This document shows, piece by piece, positions 37,985 to 46,336 of a stretch of 64,000 bases of DNA. Under the pieces are notes generated by a model that had not been told where the DNA came from, did no database searches, and saw only the letters and a list, made by a program, of their open reading frames with translations. Made by a program: the position numbers and the translations under genes. Source of the DNA: a virus; the IMG/VR virus record IMGVR_UViG_3300015372_000001, positions 1 to 64,000 of that record; one strand, written 5' to 3'. Positions within the stretch are counted from its first letter, which is position 1; every line of letters begins with the position of its first letter.

Positions 37985-38368
37985 CTACAGGACCACGACG
38001 TGGTGCGGCCAGTGGGCGTAGGGGACGGCCTTCTTGCGGAAGGCCCGCTCGTCGTACTTCAACGCGAGGTACTGCCCGAGCCAGATGTCGGGGTCCGGCA
38101 GTCGGCCGCCTGTGTAGGAGAAGGGCTTCGGCCCCCCACACAGGGCGAACATGAAGTGCCCTTCGGTGCCGACTGCCTTGATGTTGATCGCGGTCGAGGC
38201 GAACCAGACCTGGTAGCGCTGCCCGCTCTGGCTGGTGAACTCCAGGTGGGTGTAGATCCGTCGCTGGAACCGACCACGCTTGTCCCGTTCGACCTGCCAC
38301 CGCCAGTCCGAACTGGGGACGGTGGCTCGTAGCAGAGCCCAGCTGCGTTCATAGGCCGCTCCGGCCAT
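37985..38368 (-). CDS. E2-like cysteine-domain protein
   Basis: INI...ALCGGP; LPDPDIWLGQYLALKYDERAF. Confidence 0.7.
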   Translation of the reverse strand: MAGAAYERSWALLRATVPSSDWRWQVERDKRGRFQRRIYTHLEFTSQSGQRYQVWFASTAINIKAVGTEGHFMFALCGGPKPFSYTGGRLPDPDIWLGQYLALKYDERAFRKKAVPYAHWPHHVVVL

Positions 38369-38551
38369 TCATGCTCCTTCCGTGGTGTGGGCGAGCGCGA
38401 GGAACCAGAGCTCCGGAGTGGCGTTCTCGCACCGCTCCATCGCCATGGCCTTGCGTCCGACCTCCAGTTCCCGTTGGAGGTCGGACGTGGACGCTCCGGG
38501 GCTGCTGTCCCAGCCCCAGATGTCGGCGTACCAGTAGACGTACTCAGGCAT
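38369..38551 (-). CDS. hypothetical protein
   Basis: GAGGT SD, coupled. Confidence 0.5.
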   Translation of the reverse strand: MPEYVYWYADIWGWDSSPGASTSDLQRELEVGRKAMAMERCENATPELWFLALAHTTEGA

Positions 38552-38720
38552 CTGCCACCTCGGTGGTGACGGTGATGACCAGGACATGCACCTTGCGGAA
38601 CTCGTCTCCCGGTGGGGTGGGCTGATCGGGGTGGATGTGAGGTTCCGTCATCCAACCGCCGTCGTTGGTGCGGACCTGCACCTCGACTCGCTCGGTGTAG
38701 GTGACCTCGGCGGCGCTCAT
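38544..38720 (-). CDS. hypothetical protein
   Basis: GGAGG SD. Confidence 0.55.
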   Translation of the reverse strand: MSAAEVTYTERVEVQVRTNDGGWMTEPHIHPDQPTPPGDEFRKVHVLVITVTTEVADA

Positions 38721-38959
38721 CCGACCTCCTCCTGTTCGACTGCGATGAACCGTCGGACACAGGCCTCGACGTTGAGGTAGGCGGCTGCACTGATCGGCGA
38801 GCAGCGAACTGCTTCGATCAGCGCCACACCAGCCGCCTCGACTGGGATGTGCTGGATCTCCAGGAGTTCCAGCACCTCTCGGGTCACGTCGAAGATCTGG
38901 ACCAGGTGGGTGTCCATGAGCACCGACACGGCCAGTTCGACCTTCTCGTCCAGCGTCAT
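38717..38959 (-). CDS. hypothetical protein
   Basis: GGAGG SD, TGATG coupling. Confidence 0.55.
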   Translation of the reverse strand: MTLDEKVELAVSVLMDTHLVQIFDVTREVLELLEIQHIPVEAAGVALIEAVRCSPISAAAYLNVEACVRRFIAVEQEEVG

Positions 38960-39276
38960 CACACCTCCAGCGGGAGCAGGGAGCGGGGCTCCATGACCGT
39001 GACCTGCCGGGCGGAGACCTCCAGCACCTCGGGGATGTCCCAGCACGCGACACCTTGTTGACCTTGCGCGCCGGCGATCTCCGGGGTGCAGCCGACCTGC
39101 ACCTCGTCCAGGAGGCGTTCGATCAGGACCGTGAGCGGCGGTTGACGGCTGTTGACCAACTCCAGCAGCCCGAAGAAGTGACCGGCGATGTAGCTGAACC
39201 GGTAGTAGTTCTCGGTCGCGCCCTTGCCCGCGTTGTCGGGCTTGGTCCGGAACGTGACGACGTAGATGTCCATCAC
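38959..39276 (-). CDS. hypothetical protein
   Basis: GAGGAG SD. Confidence 0.55.
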   Translation of the reverse strand: MMDIYVVTFRTKPDNAGKGATENYYRFSYIAGHFFGLLELVNSRQPPLTVLIERLLDEVQVGCTPEIAGAQGQQGVACWDIPEVLEVSARQVTVMEPRSLLPLEV

Positions 39277-39596
39277 TCCTCCTCGTCCTCGCCGTAGGAC
39301 TCCAGCCAGGCCTGCTCGCGCGCCAGGTCACGGTCCTGGGCGCGCTCGGCCTGCTCCTCGAGCCAGTCCTCGCACTCGTCCGAGCAGCCCAGCTGCCAGA
39401 CGCTGACGGGCTGGAAGTGCGCGGCGCAGCGCAGGCACTGATCGACCCTGTTGTACGGATCGATCTTCTTGATGCAGGTGATGCACCGGTACTGCTGCTC
39501 CGGGTGGGGCTCGAACTCGTCGTCCGCCCAGGTGATCTCGGCCCCGCAGTCCATGCAGGCGACATCGTGGTAGTACGTGGTGATGGTGGTGCTCAT
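39273..39596 (-). CDS. Cys-rich Zn-binding protein
   Basis: Several CxxC pairs; AAGGAG SD; first gene after P39. Confidence 0.7.
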   Translation of the reverse strand: MSTTITTYYHDVACMDCGAEITWADDEFEPHPEQQYRCITCIKKIDPYNRVDQCLRCAAHFQPVSVWQLGCSDECEDWLEEQAERAQDRDLAREQAWLESYGEDEEE

Positions 39597-39616
39597 GGTG
39601 ACTCCTTTCAGGGGTC

Positions 39617-39659
39617 AGACATGCGAAAAGGCCCCCAGATCGAGTGATCTGAGGGCCTT
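39617..39659 (-). terminator. leader terminator
   Basis: GGCCCTCAGATC/GATCTGGGGGCC stem plus TTTTCGCATGTCT. Confidence 0.75.
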
Positions 39660-39734
39660 CCCGCCGGCAACACCTTGTTGCCGTCGTTGCTGGTCAGAGC
39701 CGCTTTTGGGTATGCGGTCGCTGATCAACTGCTC

Positions 39735-39770
39735 TAACTATCTCATACAGGCGTGGGAAACGCAAGTCAA
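39735..39770 (-). promoter_or_regulatory. leftward promoter P39
   Basis: TTGACT-17-TATGAG in an AT-rich island; ATGAGATA motif. Confidence 0.55.
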
Positions 39771-39807
39771 AACGCTACATTCCCAGCACTTTCTTGCGCC
39801 TCAGGAG

Positions 39808-40008
39808 TCACACCCCAGGGAACAGCCGCACGTTGGGGTCGAACGGCTCGTCCAGGATCTGGATCTCCATCTTGCGGCCTCCCTTGGTGAATACCAGGGC
39901 CACGACGCCGTAGTCGGCGGCCTGAACCTTCTCGATCGCGGCCACGATGTCGTTGCTGCTGGCCTTCATGTGCTGTGCCATCCGCAGGAAGTGGTTGTAG
40001 TCGGGCAT
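39808..40008 (-). CDS. hypothetical protein
   Basis: GGAGG SD. Confidence 0.55.
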   Translation of the reverse strand: MPDYNHFLRMAQHMKASSNDIVAAIEKVQAADYGVVALVFTKGGRKMEIQILDEPFDPNVRLFPGV

Positions 40009-40112
40009 CAGGAGCCTCCTCTGCTCCACCACCACGCGAGGAGCAGCCCTGTCCAGAAGCAGACGTAGCCGTACAGGGCTGCCCACACGATCACCAGGTG
40101 CTGAAGACTCAC
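40008..40112 (-). CDS. 34-aa membrane peptide (not in ORF track)
   Basis: MSLQHLVIVWAALYGYVCFWTGLLLAWWWSRGGS; coupled on both sides. Confidence 0.5.
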   Translation of the reverse strand: MSLQHLVIVWAALYGYVCFWTGLLLAWWWSRGGS

Positions 40113-40378
40113 TCAGCCTCCTCGGCGGCCTCGGAGATCTTCGCGATCATGTCGTCCACCACCTGCGGAGCGATCTTGAGCATCGCCTGAGCCAGCCGCA
40201 GGTGGTCGTCGTCGGCCTCGAACTCGACGCTCAGGATCGCGCCCCTGGCCTTGATCATGACCTGGATCCCCATCTCGGTAGGCCGGATGCTGGCCTCGCC
40301 GATGGTCGCGCTGCAGTCGGCGTTGTTCAGCCGGGTCATCAGCTCCTCGAGCAGCTCGGCATCGGGTACCTGGGTCAC
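40109..40378 (-). CDS. hypothetical protein
   Basis: GTGA coupling. Confidence 0.55.
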   Translation of the reverse strand: MTQVPDAELLEELMTRLNNADCSATIGEASIRPTEMGIQVMIKARGAILSVEFEADDDHLRLAQAMLKIAPQVVDDMIAKISEAAEEAE

Positions 40379-40800
40379 AGCTTCTCCCCAGCGATCTTCT
40401 CGGCGATCCGGCGGACCTGGGTTGCCGAGTTGGAGCCGTCGAACAGCGCGCCCGCCTGCTCGTCGGTGAGACCGAGCTCCGTTATCGCGACGTACCGGAC
40501 ATGGATCCCGTCCACCACGTCCGTGGTGGTGTACCGGGAGTCGGCATGCATCCCGACCCAGCCGGCCACACAGTAGGCAGTGCCGCAGTGCGCCCGGATC
40601 TGGTTGAGCTGCTCGTTGTTGACTCGGGTGCCGTCGCTGTTCCAGACCATTCTGACCAGGTGGTCGGCCATGTAGTTGGGGGGCGTCACGTACCCGCCCT
40701 GCCACCACTCGCGGTCGATCTCGGGCAGAGCGTCCTGCTCCTCTACCCACTCCACTGCCTTCCGCAGCAGCGGGATGTTGGGACTGATGTTCTCGGTCAT
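40375..40800 (-). CDS. conserved phage protein
   Basis: W.Q...HCGTAYCVAGW...A...LGL..EQA..LF. Confidence 0.7.
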   Translation of the reverse strand: MTENISPNIPLLRKAVEWVEEQDALPEIDREWWQGGYVTPPNYMADHLVRMVWNSDGTRVNNEQLNQIRAHCGTAYCVAGWVGMHADSRYTTTDVVDGIHVRYVAITELGLTDEQAGALFDGSNSATQVRRIAEKIAGEKL

Positions 40801-41201
40801 GGGATGATCCCTTCATCCGGGTCGAACCCAGCTCTCGCGATCTTCTCGCACTTGGCCAGCAGGTCCTCGACCTCCGTCTGGGTGGTGGTATCGGCGTCGT
40901 TCCAGCAGGTGACCACGCCGACCGGGGCCGGCTGAAGGTCTCCGTCCTCGTCGTACTTGCGCTCGTCGTAGTCGAGCTGGCTGGCCAGCAGCCAGACCGC
41001 CTCGGTCATGTCCTCGTGCTCGGAGACCAGTTGCTCCAGGGACTCGTTGTCGGTCTCGAACAGACCCTGACAGAACGCCATCCCGCCCATCATGCAGACG
41101 TGGCCGTTCTCCTCGTTCAGGGTGCCCTGAGCCCAGCCGTGCTCCCGGATGTACTCCCGGGTGCTGGCCAGCAGGTCGGCCACCCTGTCCATGATCTTCA
41201 T
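40797..41201 (-). CDS. DUF6197-like protein, paralog 3
   Basis: HGWAQG..C..G..WND..T..EV. Confidence 0.7.
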   Translation of the reverse strand: MKIMDRVADLLASTREYIREHGWAQGTLNEENGHVCMMGGMAFCQGLFETDNESLEQLVSEHEDMTEAVWLLASQLDYDERKYDEDGDLQPAPVGVVTCWNDADTTTQTEVEDLLAKCEKIARAGFDPDEGIIP

Positions 41202-41563
41202 GTGGTGATCCCTTCATCCGGGTCAAACCCGGCTCGTTCGATCTTGGCTGCCTTGCGGAACGTGTCCAGGACGTGCTGCTTGCCCCGGGCACCCCTCTCC
41301 TTGTCGTCGTTCCAGGTCATGACGTTGCCCGAGGCGAGGACGATGTTCTCGGATCCGTCGATCGCCTTCATCAGGGCCTGACAGGCGCGCGCGACCTCCG
41401 GGGCCTGTACCTGGCTCTCGTCCAGGTCAGCGGAGAACAGGATCGCGCCGACGGCGCAGCTCTGGTTCCGGTTGGGACCGAGGAGGGCACCCCTCCACCA
41501 GCCATGGTTCTCGAGGTAGTCGGCCGCGGCGTCCAGCCAGTCGGCCACGGATGCGAACTTCAC
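41198..41563 (-). CDS. DUF6197-like protein, paralog 2
   Basis: HGWWRG..CAVGAI..WND..V. Confidence 0.7.
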   Translation of the reverse strand: MKFASVADWLDAAADYLENHGWWRGALLGPNRNQSCAVGAILFSADLDESQVQAPEVARACQALMKAIDGSENIVLASGNVMTWNDDKERGARGKQHVLDTFRKAAKIERAGFDPDEGITT

Positions 41564-41901
41564 AGCTCGTCCCTCTCCGCGATCTTGATGGCTCGGTCGA
41601 ATGCCTCTACCACCTCGGCCTGGGTCCGACCGGCGGCGTCGTTCCAGTCGATCAGGTCGTACTCCCAGGGCCCGGTGGTGAGCTCGGTGATGGCCATCTC
41701 CACCACCCGCTGGTCGTTGTACAAGCGCTCCTGGACGGGGCCACGGTGCCCGATCTGCTCCAGGACCGCCATCCGCAGCGCTCCGATCGAGCAGAACCTC
41801 AGCTGCCCGTCATCGTCGGTCGTCATCTCGATGTTCTGGGCCCAGCCGTTCGCGATCTTGTCGCGGGCTGCGGTCAGCTCCGCGACTGTTCGCGTCTGCA
41901 T
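41560..41901 (-). CDS. DUF6197-like protein, paralog 1
   Basis: GWAQ..FCSIGAL..WNDAAGRTQAEVVEAFDRAI; start at 41901 or 41940. Confidence 0.7.
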   Translation of the reverse strand: MQTRTVAELTAARDKIANGWAQNIEMTTDDDGQLRFCSIGALRMAVLEQIGHRGPVQERLYNDQRVVEMAITELTTGPWEYDLIDWNDAAGRTQAEVVEAFDRAIKIAERDEL

Positions 41902-41936
41902 CAGTGGTCCCTCTCCGCGGGTGTAACGGGGTCGCT

Positions 41937-42425
41937 TCATCTTTGGTTCCCTTCCGTGGGGTTGTCTTCTTCCATCTGCTTGGCGATCTCCTTGGGGTAC
42001 ATCACGACCATCGCGTCGTTCCAGGAGTCGGCGTAGTTGTACTGGCGCTCCCCGGTTGCGGCGTCCAGAGCATCGATGAACTGGCTCAGAAACGACCGCG
42101 AAGTGTCCTCGGGGTGCTCATCACCCGGGGTCCATCCGGTCCAGCGGGTGACCAGCAGGGAGTGTCCTTGCTCGGCCTCCTCGCGGGTGGAGTACCGGAT
42201 CATGTCCAGGTCGGTGCTGTCGTCGGGGCCGAAGACCATCGACTCGAAGATCAGCGGCGGGCCTTCCTCCCTGAACGAGTGGTCCAGCCCGAGCCAGACC
42301 GTGGAGACCCGGCAGCCGCCGGGCAGCTCGGTGTAGCCGATCCGGCGGTGCTCGAAGTCCTCGAACGTCTCGCACCACTTCTCCATGGTGATCGGCTGAC
42401 CGTCCATGTCGTAGTAGTGGCTCAT
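41937..42425 (-). CDS. conserved phage protein
   Basis: VSTVWLGLDH...PLIFESMVFG...RYST.EEA..GH. Confidence 0.75.
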   Translation of the reverse strand: MSHYYDMDGQPITMEKWCETFEDFEHRRIGYTELPGGCRVSTVWLGLDHSFREEGPPLIFESMVFGPDDSTDLDMIRYSTREEAEQGHSLLVTRWTGWTPGDEHPEDTSRSFLSQFIDALDAATGERQYNYADSWNDAMVVMYPKEIAKQMEEDNPTEGNQR

Positions 42426-42694
42426 GTGTACCCCCAGCCCGAGCTCCCTCCGTCGTTGACCTCCTCGAACTCGACGGTGGTGGTGAACCGCAGCCCAGAC
42501 TCGGTGACGATGGTGAAGGACTGGATGGTCCCGGAGTCACTGCGGTTCTCCTCGACGTGATCGACCTTGATCGGGAACTCATCGAAGCCCACGACTGCCC
42601 GAAAGCAGCCGAGGATCAGGTACTTCAGAGACCGATCCGGCATCGGGGTCTCACCGGGCCCCGGTGGGCCCATGCGGATGTGTCTCCTGGTCAT
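42422..42694 (-). CDS. hypothetical protein
   Basis: GGAG SD, coupled. Confidence 0.55.
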   Translation of the reverse strand: MTRRHIRMGPPGPGETPMPDRSLKYLILGCFRAVVGFDEFPIKVDHVEENRSDSGTIQSFTIVTESGLRFTTTVEFEEVNDGGSSGWGYT

Positions 42695-42846
42695 GACGCC
42701 TTCTCCTTCGGTGCCTGGTACCACCAGCGCTTGCACTCGGCGCAGAAGTGGTCTCCGTCGTTGTGGTCGCCGGTGCAGGTGTGGGTGTGGCCGGGATCGG
42801 CGATCCCCGGCATGGTCGCCCGGCAGATCTTCGGCTTGTCGTTCAC
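42691..42846 (-). CDS. small Cys/His-rich protein (not in ORF track)
   Basis: MNDKPKIC...HTCTGDHNDGDHFCAECKRWW; coupled on both sides. Confidence 0.55.
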   Translation of the reverse strand: MNDKPKICRATMPGIADPGHTHTCTGDHNDGDHFCAECKRWWYQAPKEKAS

Positions 42847-43046
42847 AGCCACACCACCTGAGTGGCACCGTCATGACCGTGGATCGACATCGCGTCGTCC
42901 AGGTTGGCCCAGATCACGGTGGAGGCCTTCTCGGTCAGCCACCTGATCGCCACCGTGCCGTCGGTGAACTGCACGCCCTCGGCCACGATCCCGGTGCCCG
43001 AGACACCGGAGACATCGCGGTCGCGGAGCAGCCGGAAGGTCCTCAC
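42843..43046 (-). CDS. conserved phage protein
   Basis: RDVSGVSGTGIVAEGVQFTDG.V.IRW...IHGHDG.T. Confidence 0.75.
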   Translation of the reverse strand: MRTFRLLRDRDVSGVSGTGIVAEGVQFTDGTVAIRWLTEKASTVIWANLDDAMSIHGHDGATQVVWL

Positions 43047-43384
43047 AGGAACTCCACTCGGGAGAACGGGTTCCCCACAACCGGGTGCTTCGGCTTGTCT
43101 CCGTGAGAGGAAGGACCGATCATCTGCTGCCCGGCGTGGAACTTGCAGATGTCGTTGTAGCAGCTGATGCAGTAGTGGCCGATCATCCCGCAGCAGGACC
43201 TGATCGTGACCACCTTCGCCGGGTTGGAGCAGGTGAAGTTGTTGCCGACGGTCTCCACCGGACCTCCGTTCTCGGCGCGCTGGAACTTGTGCCCGATGCA
43301 CTTCGGCACCTTCTCCTGGGACTCCTCCGGGTCGAAGTCCAGGTGGGTGATCTCGGCCGGGACTGTGGTGTTCTGCTCACTCAT
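43043..43384 (-). CDS. Cys-rich hypothetical protein
   Basis: Several Cys/His residues; coupled. Confidence 0.6.
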   Translation of the reverse strand: MSEQNTTVPAEITHLDFDPEESQEKVPKCIGHKFQRAENGGPVETVGNNFTCSNPAKVVTIRSCCGMIGHYCISCYNDICKFHAGQQMIGPSSHGDKPKHPVVGNPFSRVEFL

Positions 43385-43844
43385 CGCCGCTCCAGATCCC
43401 GAGCAGCGGCTGCCGGTCCCGGTACTCCTCCTCGAAGTCCTCGTGCCAGGGGAACCTGTCGCTGGCGTCCGGCCAGACGATCTGCAGTGCCTCCACCTGT
43501 CCGAAGAGGTGGTTGCACATGGACAGCGGGTAGTCCCCGAGGGGCTCCAGGACCTCCAGAACGGCCACTCTGAGGCCTCGCAGCACCTCGGTGGAGTAGG
43601 TGTCCGGGTAGAACCTGGTACCCCGCTGAACGGCCTGGTACGCCGCGTTCAGGACACCGTGCGCCTGCTGCTGCACCATGCCCATCACGATCATGTCGGG
43701 GTGGTCGTGCTTGGTCATCCCGACGGTGTAGGTGAAGTACTCGTTGCCCGGGCCGAGGTCGTCCTCGGTGGGGAACACCGAGATCGCCGCCCAGCCGGTG
43801 CGCTCGATGTCGTCAAGGACCTTCCGGTCCACCTTGTCCAGCAT
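43377..43844 (-). CDS. DUF4262-like protein
   Basis: GW..V...FTYTVGM..HPD..ALQIVWPD..RFPW...QPLL. Confidence 0.75.
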   Translation of the reverse strand: MLDKVDRKVLDDIERTGWAAISVFPTEDDLGPGNEYFTYTVGMTKHDHPDMIVMGMVQQQAHGVLNAAYQAVQRGTRFYPDTYSTEVLRGLRVAVLEVLEPLGDYPLSMCNHLFGQVEALQIVWPDASDRFPWHEDFEEEYRDRQPLLGIWSGDE

Positions 43845-44184
43845 CTTCCTCTCCTTCCGGTGTGGTTGAACGTGCGATCTGCTCCTCGGTGTAGCGGCAG
43901 CCGATGGCGAAGCCGTCCACCCACAGCGCCATCCCCAGCGCCCGCAGATCGAGGTCGGTCTGGAGCGCGGGGTTGATCTCGGTCCCGCGCAGGACCCGTT
44001 GGTTGCACAGGTAGACCACGGAGTCGGGGTCGGCATAGACCGCCACGATCTCCTTGGGATGGTGACCACCCTCGCCGGCCTGACCGTCGAGGTAGTTGAC
44101 CGCATCGGACAGCCACCAGAAGTCGGTGTGCCGGGGACGGTCAGGGAACCTCGGGTCGTTGAGCGGGTCGATGAAGTCGTTCAC
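43813..44184 (-). CDS. hypothetical protein
   Basis: DPRFPDRP.H.DFW.LS; GTGA coupling. Confidence 0.6.
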   Translation of the reverse strand: MNDFIDPLNDPRFPDRPRHTDFWWLSDAVNYLDGQAGEGGHHPKEIVAVYADPDSVVYLCNQRVLRGTEINPALQTDLDLRALGMALWVDGFAIGCRYTEEQIARSTTPEGEEDAGQGGPEGP

Positions 44185-44327
44185 GACCGCTCACCCACTT
44201 CGGGCGGAGTGACGCACGGCTCGCATTGGTCGTCGAGGTTGTCGCGCTCCCAATCCGTCAGGGCATGGCCGCAGGTTCGGCAGACGATTGCCCGCGAGCG
44301 ACCCGCGTCATTCTCGGCGTTAGGCAT
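44181..44327 (-). CDS. 48-aa Zn-finger protein (not in ORF track)
   Basis: CRTCG...CEPC; GGAGG SD; coupled. Confidence 0.5.
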   Translation of the reverse strand: MPNAENDAGRSRAIVCRTCGHALTDWERDNLDDQCEPCVTPPEVGERS

Positions 44328-44580
44328 CGCGTCCTCCCTCGGGCGGAGTGACGCGGGTCCAGTCGCTCACCATCCGGGTCTCAATGCGGAGGTTCCGCTT
44401 CGGGGCTCTGAGCGACCTTTCCTCCACGATGCGGAGCGCGGCCTGCACGGCGTCAAGGGATGGGACCTCGTGCATCCGAACCGCGTTGTGCGAGCCGTCC
44501 ATGTTCGGGGTGTCGCTGTCGTAGGCGACGCACCAGACCTGGCGTAGCCCATTCTCGGCGGTAGATGTCTGGTCGTTCAT
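44320..44580 (-). CDS. hypothetical protein
   Basis: AAGGAG SD. Confidence 0.55.
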   Translation of the reverse strand: MNDQTSTAENGLRQVWCVAYDSDTPNMDGSHNAVRMHEVPSLDAVQAALRIVEERSLRAPKRNLRIETRMVSDWTRVTPPEGGRDA

Positions 44581-44885
44581 GGCAGCTCCTTGCAGCTCGG
44601 GCAGACCCCGAACATGAAGATCACCTGGACGTTGCCCCGCATCCGGACCGAGTGGCCGGTGTAGAACTCGTCCGGGCAGTAGGCACCGCAGTTGTCGCAG
44701 GTGCGCTCCCAGACCTCACGGTCGTGATCGGTGGCGTTCTCCTCGGGCTCGGTCAGCGGGGTCATCACCACGTTGGCCGGCACGTCGGCGGCGTTGCCCA
44801 TGTGCTGCTCCATCAGGGCCAGCCGCTGGTCGATGCTCGCCCGCAGCCACGTCGGCTCAGGCTGGAGCTTGGGCTTGTCATCCAT
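44577..44885 (-). CDS. Zn-binding hypothetical protein
   Basis: CDNC...CPSC. Confidence 0.6.
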   Translation of the reverse strand: MDDKPKLQPEPTWLRASIDQRLALMEQHMGNAADVPANVVMTPLTEPEENATDHDREVWERTCDNCGAYCPDEFYTGHSVRMRGNVQVIFMFGVCPSCKELP

Positions 44886-45129
44886 GGCTCTCCTCCGGAC
44901 AGCCGCCGTCCTCGTTCAGATGCCGGTCCAGGGACTCGGCGTCCTCGAACCGGTAGTGGCAGTGCGGGCACTCGTGCAGGCCAGGCAACTGGTCCTCCTC
45001 CTCGGGGTAGTTGGTCTCGCAGAACGGGTTCGCGCAGGCCAGCGGCCCACCCACCACCCATCCCTTCGGCTTGTAGATGGTGGTGTGCCCGCAGTACGGG
45101 CACACCGGGGAGTACTCAGATGTGGACAT
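44878..45129 (-). CDS. double Zn-finger protein
   Basis: CPYC..C...C and C2H2-like CPHC...F.....L..H. Confidence 0.65.
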   Translation of the reverse strand: MSTSEYSPVCPYCGHTTIYKPKGWVVGGPLACANPFCETNYPEEEDQLPGLHECPHCHYRFEDAESLDRHLNEDGGCPEESHG

Positions 45130-46312
45130 CGACCACGGCCAGGTATGCCTCGTCCGGCAGGCTGTCGATCAGCCGGGCGAACTCGCGCTCCCAGGTGGTC
45201 TGGTCCTTCTCGTTGCTGACCGTCCCGAACCAGCCCATCCGACCCTGCTCGTGCCACTGACCGTCGACCAGCACCGCGTGGGTGATCCCAGCGCCGTCAC
45301 GAGCGTGAGCGACGTACGCCTCACGACCACCGGAGTTGACGTACCAGGCCTCCAGCGGGTCATCGAGCCACGGCATCAGGTGGGCCTCGGACAGGGCCTT
45401 GATGAACGGCTGGTTGTGGAACTGGTGGCGAGCCTCGTTGGTGAGCTGCTGCCGGTTCTGCACCCACTCGGCCTCCGAGACCGGCTCCAGTTTCTCCGCA
45501 GTCCTGGCCAGCACGTAGCCGTCGTAGGTCTCGTCCGGGTCGGTGTCGTGGTCGAAGTACACCCGGCGCAGCAGGTCCGGCCAGCTCTCCGGCAGCTCCA
45601 GGCCGACGGTCGCCTTCTCGAAGGCGTCGTAGCCGGCCTCGGCGTTCTGCCCAGCCATCATCCGCATCGCCTCGAAGTCGATCTGGCCCTTGCGAGCCAG
45701 GTCCGCCCGGCCCTCGAAGTTGCTGCCCTGGTCGTCACCGAAGGTGCCTCCGTTGCCGAGCACGGCGTCCTGGGAGCCGTCGTAGACCGGGAGCTGCTCC
45801 TCGCCGTGAACCCGGTCCTCACCGACCGGTGACCGGTCCTCCAGTGCCCTGCGCCACTCCGGTACCGGTACCGCGGCCAGGTTCACCGCGGGCTTGAGCT
45901 GGTAGAAGCCGTGCCAGCGACCACCGAGGGTCCACCAGTCCCAGCGCGAGTCCGGGTTGTAGCTGGACAGGTAGCCGAACCGGTCCTCCTCGGCGTCGTA
46001 GATCCCGCGCTCACAGCCGTTGCCGAAGTAGCCACCGACGGCCATCCGGGCCCACTCGTTCCAGGCCTCGAGGTTGCCCTCGGTCACGTAGTCATCGAAC
46101 GGCTTGGTCGGACCGTCGTCACCGGTGCAGTACTCGGGGTGCTCCCGGTAGAAGGTCTGGGCCTGCTGGACGCCATCGGCTTCCACCCACTCCGGGTAGG
46201 GGTCCATCTCCTTGTTCTCATCGAAGGGATCGAGGATCCCTCCCAACATCTCCATCGCCTCGGCAGAGGTACTGGCGTCACGGATTACCACGGTCACGGT
46301 GCTGTGCGACAT
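45116..46312 (-). CDS. conserved phage protein
   Basis: MSH..V.V...L.PFDEN; YNPDSRWDWW.LGGRW; DGQWHE.G.MGWFG; VDVH; first gene after P46. Confidence 0.8.
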   Translation of the reverse strand: MSHSTVTVVIRDASTSAEAMEMLGGILDPFDENKEMDPYPEWVEADGVQQAQTFYREHPEYCTGDDGPTKPFDDYVTEGNLEAWNEWARMAVGGYFGNGCERGIYDAEEDRFGYLSSYNPDSRWDWWTLGGRWHGFYQLKPAVNLAAVPVPEWRRALEDRSPVGEDRVHGEEQLPVYDGSQDAVLGNGGTFGDDQGSNFEGRADLARKGQIDFEAMRMMAGQNAEAGYDAFEKATVGLELPESWPDLLRRVYFDHDTDPDETYDGYVLARTAEKLEPVSEAEWVQNRQQLTNEARHQFHNQPFIKALSEAHLMPWLDDPLEAWYVNSGGREAYVAHARDGAGITHAVLVDGQWHEQGRMGWFGTVSNEKDQTTWEREFARLIDSLPDEAYLAVVDVHI

Positions 46313-46336
46313 TCGGTTCCCTTCCATAGGTTGTCT

